In this document: piece by piece, positions 14,241 through 26,737 of the stretch
Layout of the letters: each line of letters starts with the position of its first letter
Position numbering within the stretch: position 1 is the stretch's first letter
Source: the human T2T-CHM13v2.0 reference genome, Homo sapiens
Strand: one strand, 5' to 3'
NCBI RefSeq assembly: GCF_009914755.1
Contig: NC_060927.1
DNA: 64,000 bases
Translations under genes and position numbers: made by a program
Notes under the pieces: generated by a model
Databases searched by the model: none
The model's input: only the letters and a program-made list of their open reading frames with translations
What the model was told of the DNA's origin: nothing

Positions 14241-14324
14241 ACACCTCAGGAGAAAAATGGACAAAGGACAGAAAGTGGCTATTCGTGCCAAGGGAACTAT
14301 AGATGCCTCATAAACATGAAAGGC

Positions 14325-14680
14325 AAAAAAATTGGGGGCTGTAGCATTCTTGGTTGACAGGCTTTCCTTTTTCTTTTAGCACTTTGAATATATCAGCCCC
14401 CTGCCTTCCGGTCTCCAAACTTTCTGATGAGAAATCTGCTAGTAATCTTATTGAGGATCCCTTGTATATGACAAGTGGCTTCCCTCTTGCTGCTTTCAAG
14501 AGTCGCTCTTTGTCTTTGTCTTTTGATGGTTTAATGATGATGTACCTTAATGTAGATCTCTAAGTTCATCCTACTTGTTGAACTTCTTAGATATTTATGT
14601 TCATGTCTTTCATCAAATTTGGAATGTTTTCAGCTATTTCCTTAAATACTCTCTCTGCCCTTCTCTCTCTCTTCTCCACT
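14325..14680 (-). mobile_element. L1M ORF1 fragment
   Basis: Minus-strand peptides KAARGKPLVIYKGSSIRLLADFSSESL...DIFKVLKEK and VFKEIAENIPNLMKDMNINI resemble L1 ORF1p. Confidence 0.85.
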
Positions 14681-14730
14681 GGCTGCGGCAAGGACTTTTC
14701 ATTAACACAGAGACATAGAATTGCTGCTAC

Positions 14731-15990
14731 AGAGGAGGTAGAGAGGTGTGGCTGAAATCCAGAGGAGGTAGATAGGTGTGGCTGAAATCCAGAGGAGGTA
14801 GATAGGTGTGGCTGAAATCCAGAGGACGTAGAGAAGTGTGGCTGAAATCCAGAGGAGGTAGATAGGTGTGGCCGAAATCCAGAGGAGACAGAGGGGTGTG
14901 GCTGAAATCCAGAGGAGGTAGAGAGGTGTGGATGAAATCCAGAGGACGTAGAGAGGTGTGGCTGAAATCCAGAGGACGTAGAGAGGCGTGGATGAAATCC
15001 AGAGGAGACAGAGGGGTGCGGATGAAATCCAGAGGAGGTAGAGAGGTGTGGCTGAAATCCAGAGGACGTAGAGAGGTGTGGCTGAAATCCAGAGGAGGTA
15101 GAGGGGTGTGGCTGAAATCCAGAGGAGACAGAGGGGTGTGGCTGAAATCCAGAGGAGGTAGAGAGGCGTGGATGAAATCCAGAGGAGGTAGAGAGGCGTA
15201 GCTGAAATCCAGAGGAGGTAGAGAGGCGTGGATGAAATCCAGAGGACGTAGAGAGGTGTGGCTGAAATCCAGAGGAGGTAGATAGGTGTGGCCAAAATCC
15301 AGAGGAGACAGAGGGGTGTGGCTGAAGTCCAGAGGAGGTAGAGAGGCGTGGATGAAATCCAGAGGAGGTAGAGAGGCGTAGCTGAAATCCAGAGGAGGTA
15401 GAGAGGCGTGGATGAAATCCAGAGGACGTAGAGAGGCGTAGCTGAAATCCAGAGGAGGTAGAGAGGCGTGGCTGAAATCCAGAGGACGTAGAGAGGTGTG
15501 GCTGAAATCCAGAGGACGTAGAGAGGTGTGGCTGAAATCCAGAGGACGTAGAGAGGTGTGGCTGAAATCCAGAGGACATAGAGAGGTGTGGCTGAAATCC
15601 AGAGGAGGTAGAGAGGTGTGGCTGAAATTCAGAGGAGGTAGAGAGGTGTGGCTGAAATCCAGAGGAGGTAGAGAGGCGTGGATGAAATCCAGAGGAGACA
15701 GAGGGGTGCGGATGAAATCCAGAAGAGGCAGAGAGGTGTGGCTGAAATCCAGAGGAGGTAGAGAGGTGTGGCTGAAATCCAGAGGACATAGAGAGGTGTG
15801 GCTGAAATCCAGAGGAGGTAGAGAGGTGTGGCTGAAATCCAGAGGACATAGAGAGGTGTGGCTGAAATCCAGAGGACATAGAGAGGTGTGGCTGAAATCC
15901 AGAGGAGACAGAGGGGTGCGGCCGAAATCCCGAGGTGGCAGAGGGGTGCGGCCGAAATCCAGAGGAGGTAGAGAGGAGCGGCCGAAATCC
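14731..15990. repeat. Minisatellite/VNTR, 42 x 30 bp (consensus agaggaggtagagaggtgtggctgaaatcc)
   Basis: Counted directly: 1260 bp, no indels, substitution variants only. Confidence 0.98.
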
Positions 15991-16497
15991 AGGTGCTTCA
16001 CCAGGTTGTTTTCTTAGGCTTGGGTCCAGTGGTAGTTAAAGAAAGACACTTCCATAATCCTAAGTAGGCATGATCACTAAAGGATATTTGATTTATTTAT
16101 TTATTCAATAATAAAACTTCCAAATTCCAGACATTTTTCTAGGCCCCGAGGATACAATAATGAAAAAGACAGGGAAGAAACAAATAAATGCACAATTAAA
16201 AAAGAAAAAATGATAGAGAATGATAAATAATAATGGCAAACTCCCTCCTCCCTGCCAAAAAATACTTAAATTAAGGCTATTGAAATAGTGAGTAGCTCTT
16301 TCAGATTGAACCATCAGAGACGATGTCTAAGAAAGTAACATTTAATCCAAGATTAAATTAGCATTAGAGGCCAGCCATACCATATCCGACTGCATGTGTG
16401 AGTCACTCCATCACATAAAAAACAAAGGAGGAGCTCAATAAAAGCCAAGACCCTGATAACCTCTGTTGATGGAATATGTTATTTTTAATATTTTCAG

Positions 16498-16850
16498 TGT
16501 TTTGGTCTGTTTTGTGCTGCTATAACAGAATGCCTGAGACTGGGTAATTTATAAAGAACAGAAATTTATTTCTTAGAGTTCTTTGGGCTGGGAAGTCCAA
16601 GATCAAGGCACTACCATGTGATGCAGGCAGAAGGTGGAAGGACAAAAGGGAAGAAACCTCATGTCCCCACATGGTGGAAAAGCAGAAGTGCAAGAGAGAA
16701 CCAGGTTTGTCTGTCAAGCACCTTTATAAGGATTCTTAATCCCATTCATGAGGAGTATCACGGACTAGTCACCTCTTAAAGGCCCCATCTCTTAATACTA
16801 TCACACTGGCAAAAGCTGAATTTTGGAGGGGACACATTCAAATCATAACA
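16498..16850 (-). mobile_element. MaLR solo LTR (MST/MLT1A-like)
   Basis: TG...CA ends; 5-bp TSD ttcag on both sides; 'gctgctataacagaatgcctgagactgggtaatttataaagaac'. Confidence 0.9.
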
Positions 16851-17142
16851 TTCAGTAATTGTCTTCCTAGCCAGAATCTGATTTTGTTTTTTGCCATGAT
16901 GAACCATAGTGGGGCACTCCAGGTAATAAGGCAATGGGGTAATGTATCTTTCCTTATCCATCTTTTTCTGCATTTTGCAATGAATAAGTATTACCTTTGT
17001 AATTAGGGACTATGTGAAAACTTGAAATCAATGACACAATTATTTAATGCATGGAGAAGTAACTAGGATATGAAGACACCAAAATGTGGCAATTTCTGTC
17101 TACGCTTTTTTGTATTTTTCAAATGTTCTGAAACTTTATTAA

Positions 17143-17528
<386 letters not shown>

Positions 17529-18559
17529 AAAGTATTTCTTTATACATGTGTCTTTATGTGTATGATTATTTATATACCTATATATATAATACTGACAACT
17601 GTTAAAGATACCAAAAAGCACAAAGACGAGTAAAAAGAGTGAATATAACACAACAAATGCCAACTCAGAGAGAACAAGTGTTAACATTTTGTCCTGCTTG
17701 TTTCCAGGGTTTTAAAAAACTAAGTAAATAAAACATTCAAATTCTTCTGATCCCATTCCCATACCTCCCTTCCTCCACTGGGAGAACCAATATCATGATT
17801 TGGTGTGGATCTTTCTTATCATTTTGTCACTTTGTATACATTTGCCTGTCTCTTTATCTGTTTATCTACCTACCTATCTATCTGCCTATCATCTATCTAT
17901 CTGATCATTCTCTGTATATTTCTAATTCTGCAGAAAGAAGGAAAAGAAGGAGCTCTTGCTTGAGTAAGGCACTGGTCATGCCTCAATTAGAACCCATGTA
18001 AGTGAAGTTCCTTTGTAATGAAGTCAGTGCAGTTAAATGAAAAAAAGTTGGGGGGGGGAAATTCAAGAATCATGCAAAAATACAGTTGATGGGAACCATA
18101 TGTCCGAGTGGCCGCATTCCAATGAACAAGGCAAATCCACAGATGTGCTGGTCGTAAATTCCTCCCAAATCCTATTGTGTCCACAAGGTAACTAAAGGTA
18201 AATAGGACTAACCTTTATCACTGCTCCCTAAAAAGCGGCCATGGGTCCCAGTGTGTCTGTCTCTCCCCATCTCCCAAATCAGCAGTCACTTACCATCTGC
18301 TACTCTGAGCCCTCCCAGTTTCCAGAAGGAGACAGTGTCTCATAATAATCACTTACCCCTCTTGACTGGTAGATTAATCTTTAGCACATGAGTTTCAGTC
18401 GCTGTGATACCCGAATACATCATTTTAAGCCTCTCATCTCCAGTTGAAGAAGGAGAACCCTTAGCTTTACCCACAGCTAAGGGAATCTGGGGAATCAGCC
18501 AGCAGGTGCTGAGGTGTGTTTGTCATGGGGGAGGGGTTCTTGAGTGCAAATCTGATTTA

Positions 18560-18704
18560 GATCTTCTGACCCATGGGTGCCCATTAGAATCACCGGTGAG
18601 CTTTTAAAAATAACAGCAATTACTTGGGCTTTCCCCCCAGAAATTCTGATTTAATTAGCTTGGGGTTGGGCTTGGGCATTCATGCTTTTAAAACTTCCCC
18701 TGCA
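18560..18704. mobile_element. MER5A-like hAT fragment interrupted by L1
   Basis: 'ttagaatcacc...ccccagaaattctgatttaatt'; remainder resumes near 19003. Confidence 0.6.
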
Positions 18705-18990
18705 GACACTAAAGGAAAAATACTGTATGATTCCATTTATATAGGGTACCCAGAGTAGTCAAATTCATAGAGGAAGAAAATAGATTGGTGGTTGCCAGGG
18801 GGCTGAGTAGAAGGGAGTGAATTGTGGCCTAATGTACAGAGTTTCAGTCTGGGAAGATGGAAGAGTTCTGAAGACGGACGATGATGATGATTGCACAGCA
18901 ATGGTGATGTATTTAATGCCAATGAACTGTATACCTAATAGTGGTAAAAGTGGTCAATTTTATGTCACGTATATTTCACCACACTAAACA
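18705..18990 (+). mobile_element. L1MB-like 3' end
   Basis: 'aaatactgtatgattccatttatatagggtacccagagtagtcaaattcatagag...gtatatttcaccac'. Confidence 0.85.
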
Positions 18991-21340
18991 AAGTGAAGTA
19001 TGTAAGCTCCTGTGGTGATTCTACTGTGAAATCCTGTCCAGAGCTGCCTTATACTACCTGTGATGACTGTTGAAAGGGAGGGTCCTCTTGATGAGTTGGG
19101 TCCTCCTTCTTCCCACCCTGCTGCCCCGGGAGGCTCAGCTGAGTGCCCTTCTGGTTTCAGCTTTTGCTGCTATTGGAGGGCAAAGGAGTTCACTTTTCTT
19201 TTAAGATTTGGCCTGTCAGCTGCCCAAGACTGGTTCTGGAAACCCTCTCGATGCCCCCTGTAAGCGTCTCTGCATCCAGTAGCAACTTTTCACAATAGAG
19301 AGTAGAATGGCAATCTCATACCAGAAGGGGTTTTATTTATTCTCTGGTCTCTTCTGATATCTATGGCTGGAGCCTCCTCCCCTTCCTCTCTTTTTCCAGA
19401 CTTACGCATGCTTCGTTTGATTCAATCACATAATCTGACTCATGAAGGTATAAATCATGCAAGAATAACCAGCCAGTTAATGTCAAATAGGGACGACCAT
19501 ATGTCCATGGGGATGACTAGTTCTTTGTATCTTTTCCAGTGAAATGTGCTTATCTAGTTTATAATTCCATTGTTAGTGGAAAGTATATGAAGTTGACTCA
19601 GCCCCTGTCCTACCTTCTGAGGGGAAGTCCAATGCTCTGCCCAATGTTCCCCCTCCCGTCTGGCTTGGAGTGTCTGAATCTGCTCAAGCGGTGCCTTACT
19701 TGCAAACACATTCTGCAGAAGCTCCCTTTGCTCCGTTTCTGCACTGACCCAGATGGGAGACTCGGCTCCTTTCCACGGATTGTCACCTCTAATATCTGGA
19801 AAACAAAACAAAACAAAGCAAAACAAAAACACATGCAAAAGACATTTGTTCGCTCAGCAGGCTTTATTATGTGTATGAGGATGATGATATCATCCCAAAG
19901 CAAAGTTCTCAATATTGGGTATTCAATATTTCTGTTCTTAAAAGTCCTTCAGTAATATCAGATGATTCTATTCCTATAAAGTCCCCAACTGGTGAAAGGA
20001 AGCTAAGGTATTAGAAGTCAGGTGAGTGGTTAGCATGGTGGGGGAGTGACTGAGTGGAAGCATTAGGGGGCTTCTGGTGTTCTAGTAGAGTTCAATTTCT
20101 TGATTAGATGCTAGTTACACATGTGATTTTGGAAAAGCCACTGAACTCGTGATTTGTGCTCTTCTCTGTATTTATGTTATGCTTCAATAATAAAGTTTAT
20201 GTTAAAAACTAAAGAAAAGATAAGAAGTCTCCAACCACCTCATGTGCAGGCAGGTTACTCAACTCTGCAGAGAGGGACAGAAGGGTCTTCTACCAACCCA
20301 GCATCTGCACCCCTGAAGTCAGACATGGCTGTGGTCGCTTTTGGGTTTTGACCTGTTAGCAATGTTTTCAAAAAGGACCAAGAGAATGCAGGCATACAAG
20401 CACTTTGTGGATGGTGGGCCCTGTGCAGATTTGGCCTGTCACAAACCCTGCTTCATACACATCCTCATAGCAATCACAGCAGTGAAAACTGGGAAGACTC
20501 GCCCAGGTGCCCGCTCCCCACTGGCCCGCCCTTACTCCCTCCACCTCTCCACAGCAACTCATCCTTTGGACCACCCAAACCTGTCAGAAGAGTGTCTCCG
20601 TCTCCATTTTTGACTTTCCAGAGAGGTCTGAAGCCACCTCCACACAGTGAGGTGGCAGACTTGTGGACAGGTCCTGAAGCCATACCAGGAGCTGACCAGC
20701 CCCAGAAAATGAGGACATGGCTGCAGGGATAGAAAGCCAAACTGTGGGTCAAGGGGACTTCAGCCTGTCCATCTGGGGGCACGCTTAAAGGTCTATGATG
20801 GGGCCAAAAAGAAAGGTGCAGGCTAAGGACAGAAGGACAGCTCAGCCTGAACAGCCCCATCCTGCAGCCCACCCCAGCCCTGAGCCTCTGGAACTCTATC
20901 ACTGCATCCTGGGGCACCTGCCCCCCAAGCCCCCACCCCAGGAAGAGTATCTATGCTGTCAGAGGCTGCAGACGGTGCCAGCAGAAGGTGGAGAGGAAGC
21001 TTGGGGCCTTTGGTGGGTGGGACGCATCAACACACACAGCCGCAGCAGCTGCACATAGATCAACAGGCCATCCGTGCCTCGAACACCTACATCAACGGCC
21101 AAGGCCTTGGCCACCCTGCCCAGCTCCGTGCACCGCTAGTTGCCTTGGTGGATCACAGCCGCTCCACGCTCCACAGGAAGAATCCCAAACCCGGTGACCG
21201 GCTGCCCCAGCATTCCAAGTAAGACCAGTTCCTCAAGGTCCTCCCTGTTCTTCCTCACCATCTGTTTTGTCCTTGGAGGATGAAAGAACTTAGCAAGGAT
21301 GATATTAAGGAGACAACCGCTTTCTCTGTCTCTTCCACAG

Positions 21341-21514
21341 GTACCTGCTACTGATACCTCTACCCTTGGTTAGACACAATTCCAGCAGGGCAGGACCACT
21401 TGCCCTGAGGAGAAGAGCCCAGGGACTCGTCACAGGCAGGGAACCACTGCCTCTTCTATCCTGCCCGGAGCATAACGGCGGTCCAATGAGTAGACAGGTG
21501 GACTCACCACTCAG
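21341..21514 (+). other. Candidate internal exon (174 bp) of a lncRNA or decayed gene
   Basis: Acceptor tttctctgtctcttccacAG and perfect donor CAG|GTAAGT; upstream donor CAA|GTAAGA at 21218/21219; downstream acceptor gtctgctctgcccAG at 21600. Confidence 0.5.
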
Positions 21515-23729
21515 GTAAGTGCTTCCCGGGGCAGCAGGAGGCGCCTCAATAATGGCATTTTGCCCTTGTGCCTTCAGTCACACCCGTCTGCTCTGCCCAG
21601 GCATAAAGCTGATACATGGGAATGGTGTGTGCCATGGCAATGAAGATCATCATTATGACCATGGTGCCCGCATGCCAGGACTCTGCGGCCTGGAACTACA
21701 AGTCCAGTCTGATTCACAGGAGCATCCACATTCTGACGCCTCTTAGCCCCCACCTGATCACAGAGGCTCTTAGGGTCTTGCAGAGTTTCCCTTCAGCACC
21801 TGCGCTGAGGGAGACTCTGGAATCTCACCGGCCCAAGAATCAGTCCTTGTGGCTGCTCTGGCAGTGGGTTGCTGGTCAGGTGCAAAGGTATTGCCCGTGC
21901 TGACGGCTGGGCACTGATCCCACACTCGCCACCCTCCACAGCTCCCAGGGAAGCTGCAGCTGGCTGGGTGGAGCCCTCTTGACCTCAGGTGGCCTGGAGT
22001 GCTGCCATCGCCATGGGGGACGCTCTTACTACCGGCTGGGCTGGGTCTCTGAGCCTGGGTCTCCACTGACAGCAGCCTCCACAGCTGTCCCTGCATGGTT
22101 TCAGATCTCTGCCAGTCTCTGTAGGGAATGATGCTTATGCCAAGAGGGAGGGAAGCAGCTCTTTTATCCCTGGAGGGTGGTGGGGGGTACACAGGAACGT
22201 TCTTTGAGCTCTGCAGGATTCTACCTTTCTCCTCCACCCTCCACCCAGACGATCATCTTCCCAAAGCACGTTCGTGCTGCTGTGGTAGGCTGGGTTGGGG
22301 TCGGGTTGAGGATCAGCCTCCCAGAGTTTCTGAAACCCCAAAGTCACTTAGGCCCTAAGAGTGGGGAGACGAATGTGGATTGTAACAGGAGATACCTTTG
22401 TCCGGTAAAGTAAGTGTTCTCTTTGGTTCCACGCTGTTTCTTCTTACAATGGCTTTTATCAGGGATGCCCAGGGTATCAGTTGTCTCTGAACTGTGACTA
22501 TTAACAAAGTTCAAATTCTTTGAACAGCCCCCACACAGTTCAGCAGGTACAGACCTTATGGGAGAGGAGGGGCCTTGTGGACATAGTTATTCTGTTTGGC
22601 TGTTCAGCATCTGAGCCTTGTTCCTCTATCTAAGGAATTCCCCATCTCATGAACAGGTAGGAGGCAGAGCTCAGTTCTGCATAATACCCCACCATGGGCA
22701 CCTTGTTACATTTTACCACTCCATTCGCCCCGCAATGGGCACTCAGGTGATCTTCAACTCCCTGCCACCATAAAAAACAGGCAGTGATAACATCTTCATA
22801 TGTGCTCCCTATGGGTCCGCATGAGAACTTCCCTGGGGTATTATGCAGAGACTAGACGTCTTGAATTAGATGTCACACTGCAACGTGGTTGGGTGTTAAA
22901 AATATAAAAAGGAGGAAACAGAATAAGACCTATCACGTGGTAGCTTTCAAACAGGTTTTTTAAATGTATGCAAATAAATCAACAGTACACATTTGCAAGA
23001 ACACATTCAAATAAAGTTGCCCATTAACATGGTAAAATAGCTACCTGTGGAGGAAGGGGAATGAGAATAGGGACTAGAGATAAAAGAGAAGTCAGTCAAT
23101 ACAATAATGAAATGGCTTTGTGCAACCCAAGAATAATTATACATCGTGGGTATAGAAACTGGAATAATTCAAACCCCTTCCACCCAGGCGAACAAATGAA
23201 ACAAACAAAAACAACAGGTACATGATATGTACATAACATCTCGATTCTATAAGATGGAGTGTGAGAAATGGCCACATGAGACAAGGCAGGCAGAGACCTT
23301 GCCTGTGTTAGGAGAATCAGAGCAGGCTTAACAAAGAGGCATCATGTTTGAGTTAATGTAATGATCTAAGAACAGGCCTTTTCCAGGTGGCTCACATCGG
23401 AGAGGTCTACTCAAAGAGGAATTTGTCCACCCACTTATAGAGACCTTGGGACCAAATCCATATCTGATTACCACTGGGAAGCCCAGTCATCAGAGATGCC
23501 TGCATACATGGGTGGATGGTCATGGAGACAGGAAGATGGCCTCGAAGCTGGGCCCAGTGGCATGGGCTAGGTCATAGGCCATAGGTAGTGGCTGGTTATA
23601 AATTGCTCTCTGTATTATAATGCATTATTTAGTCCCCTTATAAAACTCAACTGTGGGTGAATAAAAGGAAGGATCTAAGTTCAGCCAGGAAAGAAGTGGT
23701 ACCAAGGGGCATTAGAGATTCCCTGCCAA

Positions 23730-24900
23730 CTGTTTCCAGTAATGGTAGACTAAGGGATAAATCACCATTACTTCTAAAGACAGCTACAAAAGTTAGAGGA
23801 GATATCAAACTATCTTCTTAATAGCACTGAAGGCCTCATTAATAGAGCCGAACAGGGAGGGGTAAGAGCCTAAACTGGTTACTTGGGATGTGTTCACTTC
23901 CTGGGAGAAGGCAGCTGACATGCCAAGGTCCTTGGGTGAGTGTGAGGGGTCATATTGCATTACATAGTGTCCTGGAGATGTGCAAGTCACTCGTACCCCA
24001 CTGATATGTTTACCCTGGGCTGTCTGCCAATCCTCAGAACCATGTGAGGTGAGCAGGGTGAACAGTACTTTTGGGGGGCTCCCTAGAGCTGGAGGAACAG
24101 TTGGTGTCTACTGTTAGTAAAGAAGGAAACTTAGTATGAGCCCACTATCTGCTCTGAGTAGTGGCCCCAAAGGGCTGCATCTGGAAAAGGGGGTGGGTAC
24201 TGGCCCTGTGGACATACAGAACAGCCTCAAGCCTTATTCCCGGACTGCTAGTTCCCTCAGGTGTTGGAAAAAAGGAAAAAAAAATCCTCTTTGGAAGAGG
24301 ATCCTAGATTTCAAATTAACTCTCAAAAGAGCCATTTCAAATAAATTGTCCAGAAAGCACAGAGGCACAAGAGCTACATGAGACAAAACACCACAAGTCA
24401 GAATCAACAGAAACTGTGGACCATAGAAATAGACCCACCGGATCCCAGATATTAGAATAACTCGATACAACCTGTAATGAAACCGTGCTTACTGTGTTCA
24501 TGGAGATAAAAATTGAATTTAAAATTTTATGTAAGGATATAAAAATTTTGAAAGCAACGGTGAAGATTTTAAAAAGAACCATTTGATATTATAGAACTGA
24601 AAAGTATGATAACTCAATAAAGAACTCTATAGAAGAGTTAAGAGCTAATAATTGGTGGAAAGGAAGATAAGTCAGAAGAAACTATCCAGAATGAAGTCCA
24701 GAGAGGCATAAAGATGGAAAATACAGATAAGAAGATAAATAAAATAGAAGACACAGGGAGATAATCCAATATACGTTTAATTGGAGTTCTAGAAGAGAGG
24801 AGAGAGAGAATGGAGCAGAGGCAATATTTGAAGAGATAATGGCTGAGAATTTTCCAAAATTGATGAAATAACACAATCCACTGATTCAGGAAACCAAAGG
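23730..24900 (+). mobile_element. Old L1M 5' region/ORF1 remnant
   Basis: Sequence near 24770-24870 translates as IRLIGVLEE...ENGAEAIFEEIMAENFPKLMK (L1 ORF1p). Confidence 0.75.
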
Positions 24901-25209
24901 AGAGATTCCTACAAGAACTAGGAAGCTTCAGGAACCAGGCATTTGTTAAAGCATAAATGTCTCCTGTGGAAGTTCCCTTTTCATGACAAGGGAAGAAAGC
25001 ACTTGAGGGAGCCGGTGGGTTTCTTTGCAGAAGAGTTTTTGGTTTTGTTGTTTGCTTGTTTTTGAAGATAGGAGAGATTTGATTATGTTGAAAAGCTGAG
25101 AGAATAAACCAATTGAGAGGGAGAGGCTGAAGCCACAGGAGAGAGGAGGAGTAATTCATGAAGCATGAAGAAGTTTTTAGAGGGCACAGGGACCGAAACT
25201 ATGAAAATA

Positions 25210-25450
25210 ATAACAGCTATCCTTTACTGAGCATTACATGTCAGAGCTCTCTCAGGAAATTGGTCACACATTGATACTAATTCTTATAATCGTTAACGAT
25301 GAGTATTTCTATTCAAATATCCTTATGTTAATTGATGTTCTAAAGAGAGAGAGAGAAAAAATCTTGGTCATATAGCTAGTAAGTGGTGGCAGTGGGATCA
25401 AAATCTGGTCTGACTTACTCCAAAGCCTGTGCCCTTTCCACTCTACCAGC
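25210..25450 (-). mobile_element. MIR
   Basis: 'ggtcatatagctagtaagtggtggcagtgggatcaaaatctggtctgacttactccaaagcc'. Confidence 0.65.
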
Positions 25451-26334
25451 TGCTTCCAGAGCTCCAGCTGGCCTCCTCTTTGTCTGAGATAGGATGCAAG
25501 GAAGAGAGGATGAGTGTGGAAGTGAAGATGTTTGGAGATATTGTAGAATACAGGAAGTTGAAGTAATTCAGGCTGGAGGCTAGGTCATTCCCAGGAAAAT
25601 GTAAGGGATTCTACCTGCAGAGTTCGAAGGATGTGGGAATTCAACAGAGGAGCTACCAAGGAAGGGCCGACCAGGGGAGAGGGAGAGGAAAGTAGCCAAG
25701 GTGAGGCGAGCCAAGTGCCCAAACCATCAATGGCAGCATGTAGCGGTGCTCCAGAGGCAGAGAGAGGAGATCAAGAAACGTGGGGCGGAGAGGGGAGGGG
25801 AAGAGTTTGAGAAGAAACAGAATACGTCACAGTCTCAAAGCATCTCCCCCCAAATATTTATTAATTACAAAGGGAAAACTAGTCATTTTACAGTGGGGAA
25901 ACCAGCAGACATCACTATAACAAAGTGATCTCAAAATATTGTTTATTAAAAGAGACAATGAGACGAAGCTCCTGGCAAGGAATAAGTGACTAAACCATGG
26001 CTGTTCTGTGGTCTTTGCAGTAATAACAATATCCTAAATGACCTGCGGCCAAAAGATCTCCCCACCTCATCCCACCTCAGTGCCAGGTTCATCTGTGCTA
26101 ATGTATCACCGAGTCCTAAAGGATGACTGAGTCGTCCTTGGGTAACACGTGGTTAACGCGTGTGCATTTGACAGGGGTCTTCTGTAATAATGGGGTGATT
26201 CTCACGCGTGGGCGGGATTCAGGCACGGCAGCAGCATTGGGAGAAGTGCTTTGGGGCTGGGGTGAGAGGAGTTTGGGATCTCCACGGGTACTAGGTGCCC
26301 CCGCTGTCCTCTATGGTTGGGCTCTTGCGTGCGG

Positions 26335-26448
26335 CGGCAGATCCCGGGCGGCGCTTCGGCAGATCCTGGATGGCGCTTCGGCAGATCCTGGATGGCGCTT
26401 CGGCAGATCCTGGACGGCGCTTCGGCAGATCCTGGACGGCGCTTCGGC
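26335..26448. repeat. 22-bp tandem repeat x5 (cggcagatcctgga(t/c)ggcgctt)
   Basis: Five full units counted directly. Confidence 0.95.
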
Positions 26449-26724
26449 GGGGCTGGCCTCCCGCACACACTCGGGTCTCCAGAGTCGGGTGTGCGCGTTG
26501 GGGACGCTTCGTCCTGCAGTTGAACGCCCTGAAGCGGGAGAATCAGCGGCCTCCCCGACCCTGGCTGCGCTGTAGGGTCTATGAGCTCCTCTGCAGCGCC
26601 CGACCTCCTTCGCCAGCAGCCCCAGCCCCCTGCGCAGAACCAGTCTACGCGGACGCCGGAGTCCCCCTGGGCTGCTGGAGAGCCCGAAAGCTCCCGGGGC
26701 CGTGTCTTCTGGGAAACGCGCCAA

Positions 26725-26737
26725 TGCCCTCTAGTGG
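26725..26737 (-). promoter_or_regulatory. CTCF core motif CCACTAGAGGGCA
   Basis: Full match to CCASYAGRKGGCR. Confidence 0.75.

Noticed and set aside
14731-15990. CRISPR-like regular 30-bp repeats
   Set aside because: Units are head-to-tail with no unique spacers, no cas genes, and the context is primate DNA
14587-16017. 430-aa and 424-aa ORFs
   Set aside because: By-products of a 30-bp unit lacking stops; the C-terminus of one is an L1 ORF1 relic; no independent gene structure
20935-21140. EEYLCC...ATLPSS resemblance to the P2RX7 C-terminal cysteine-rich domain
   Set aside because: Only two short words match; the intervening conserved residues are missing
21399-21420. Similarity to 51610-51633 (cttgc..gaggagaag) at roughly the 30-kb duplication offset
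   Set aside because: A single short match with no colinear neighbours that I could confirm; needs a computed alignment
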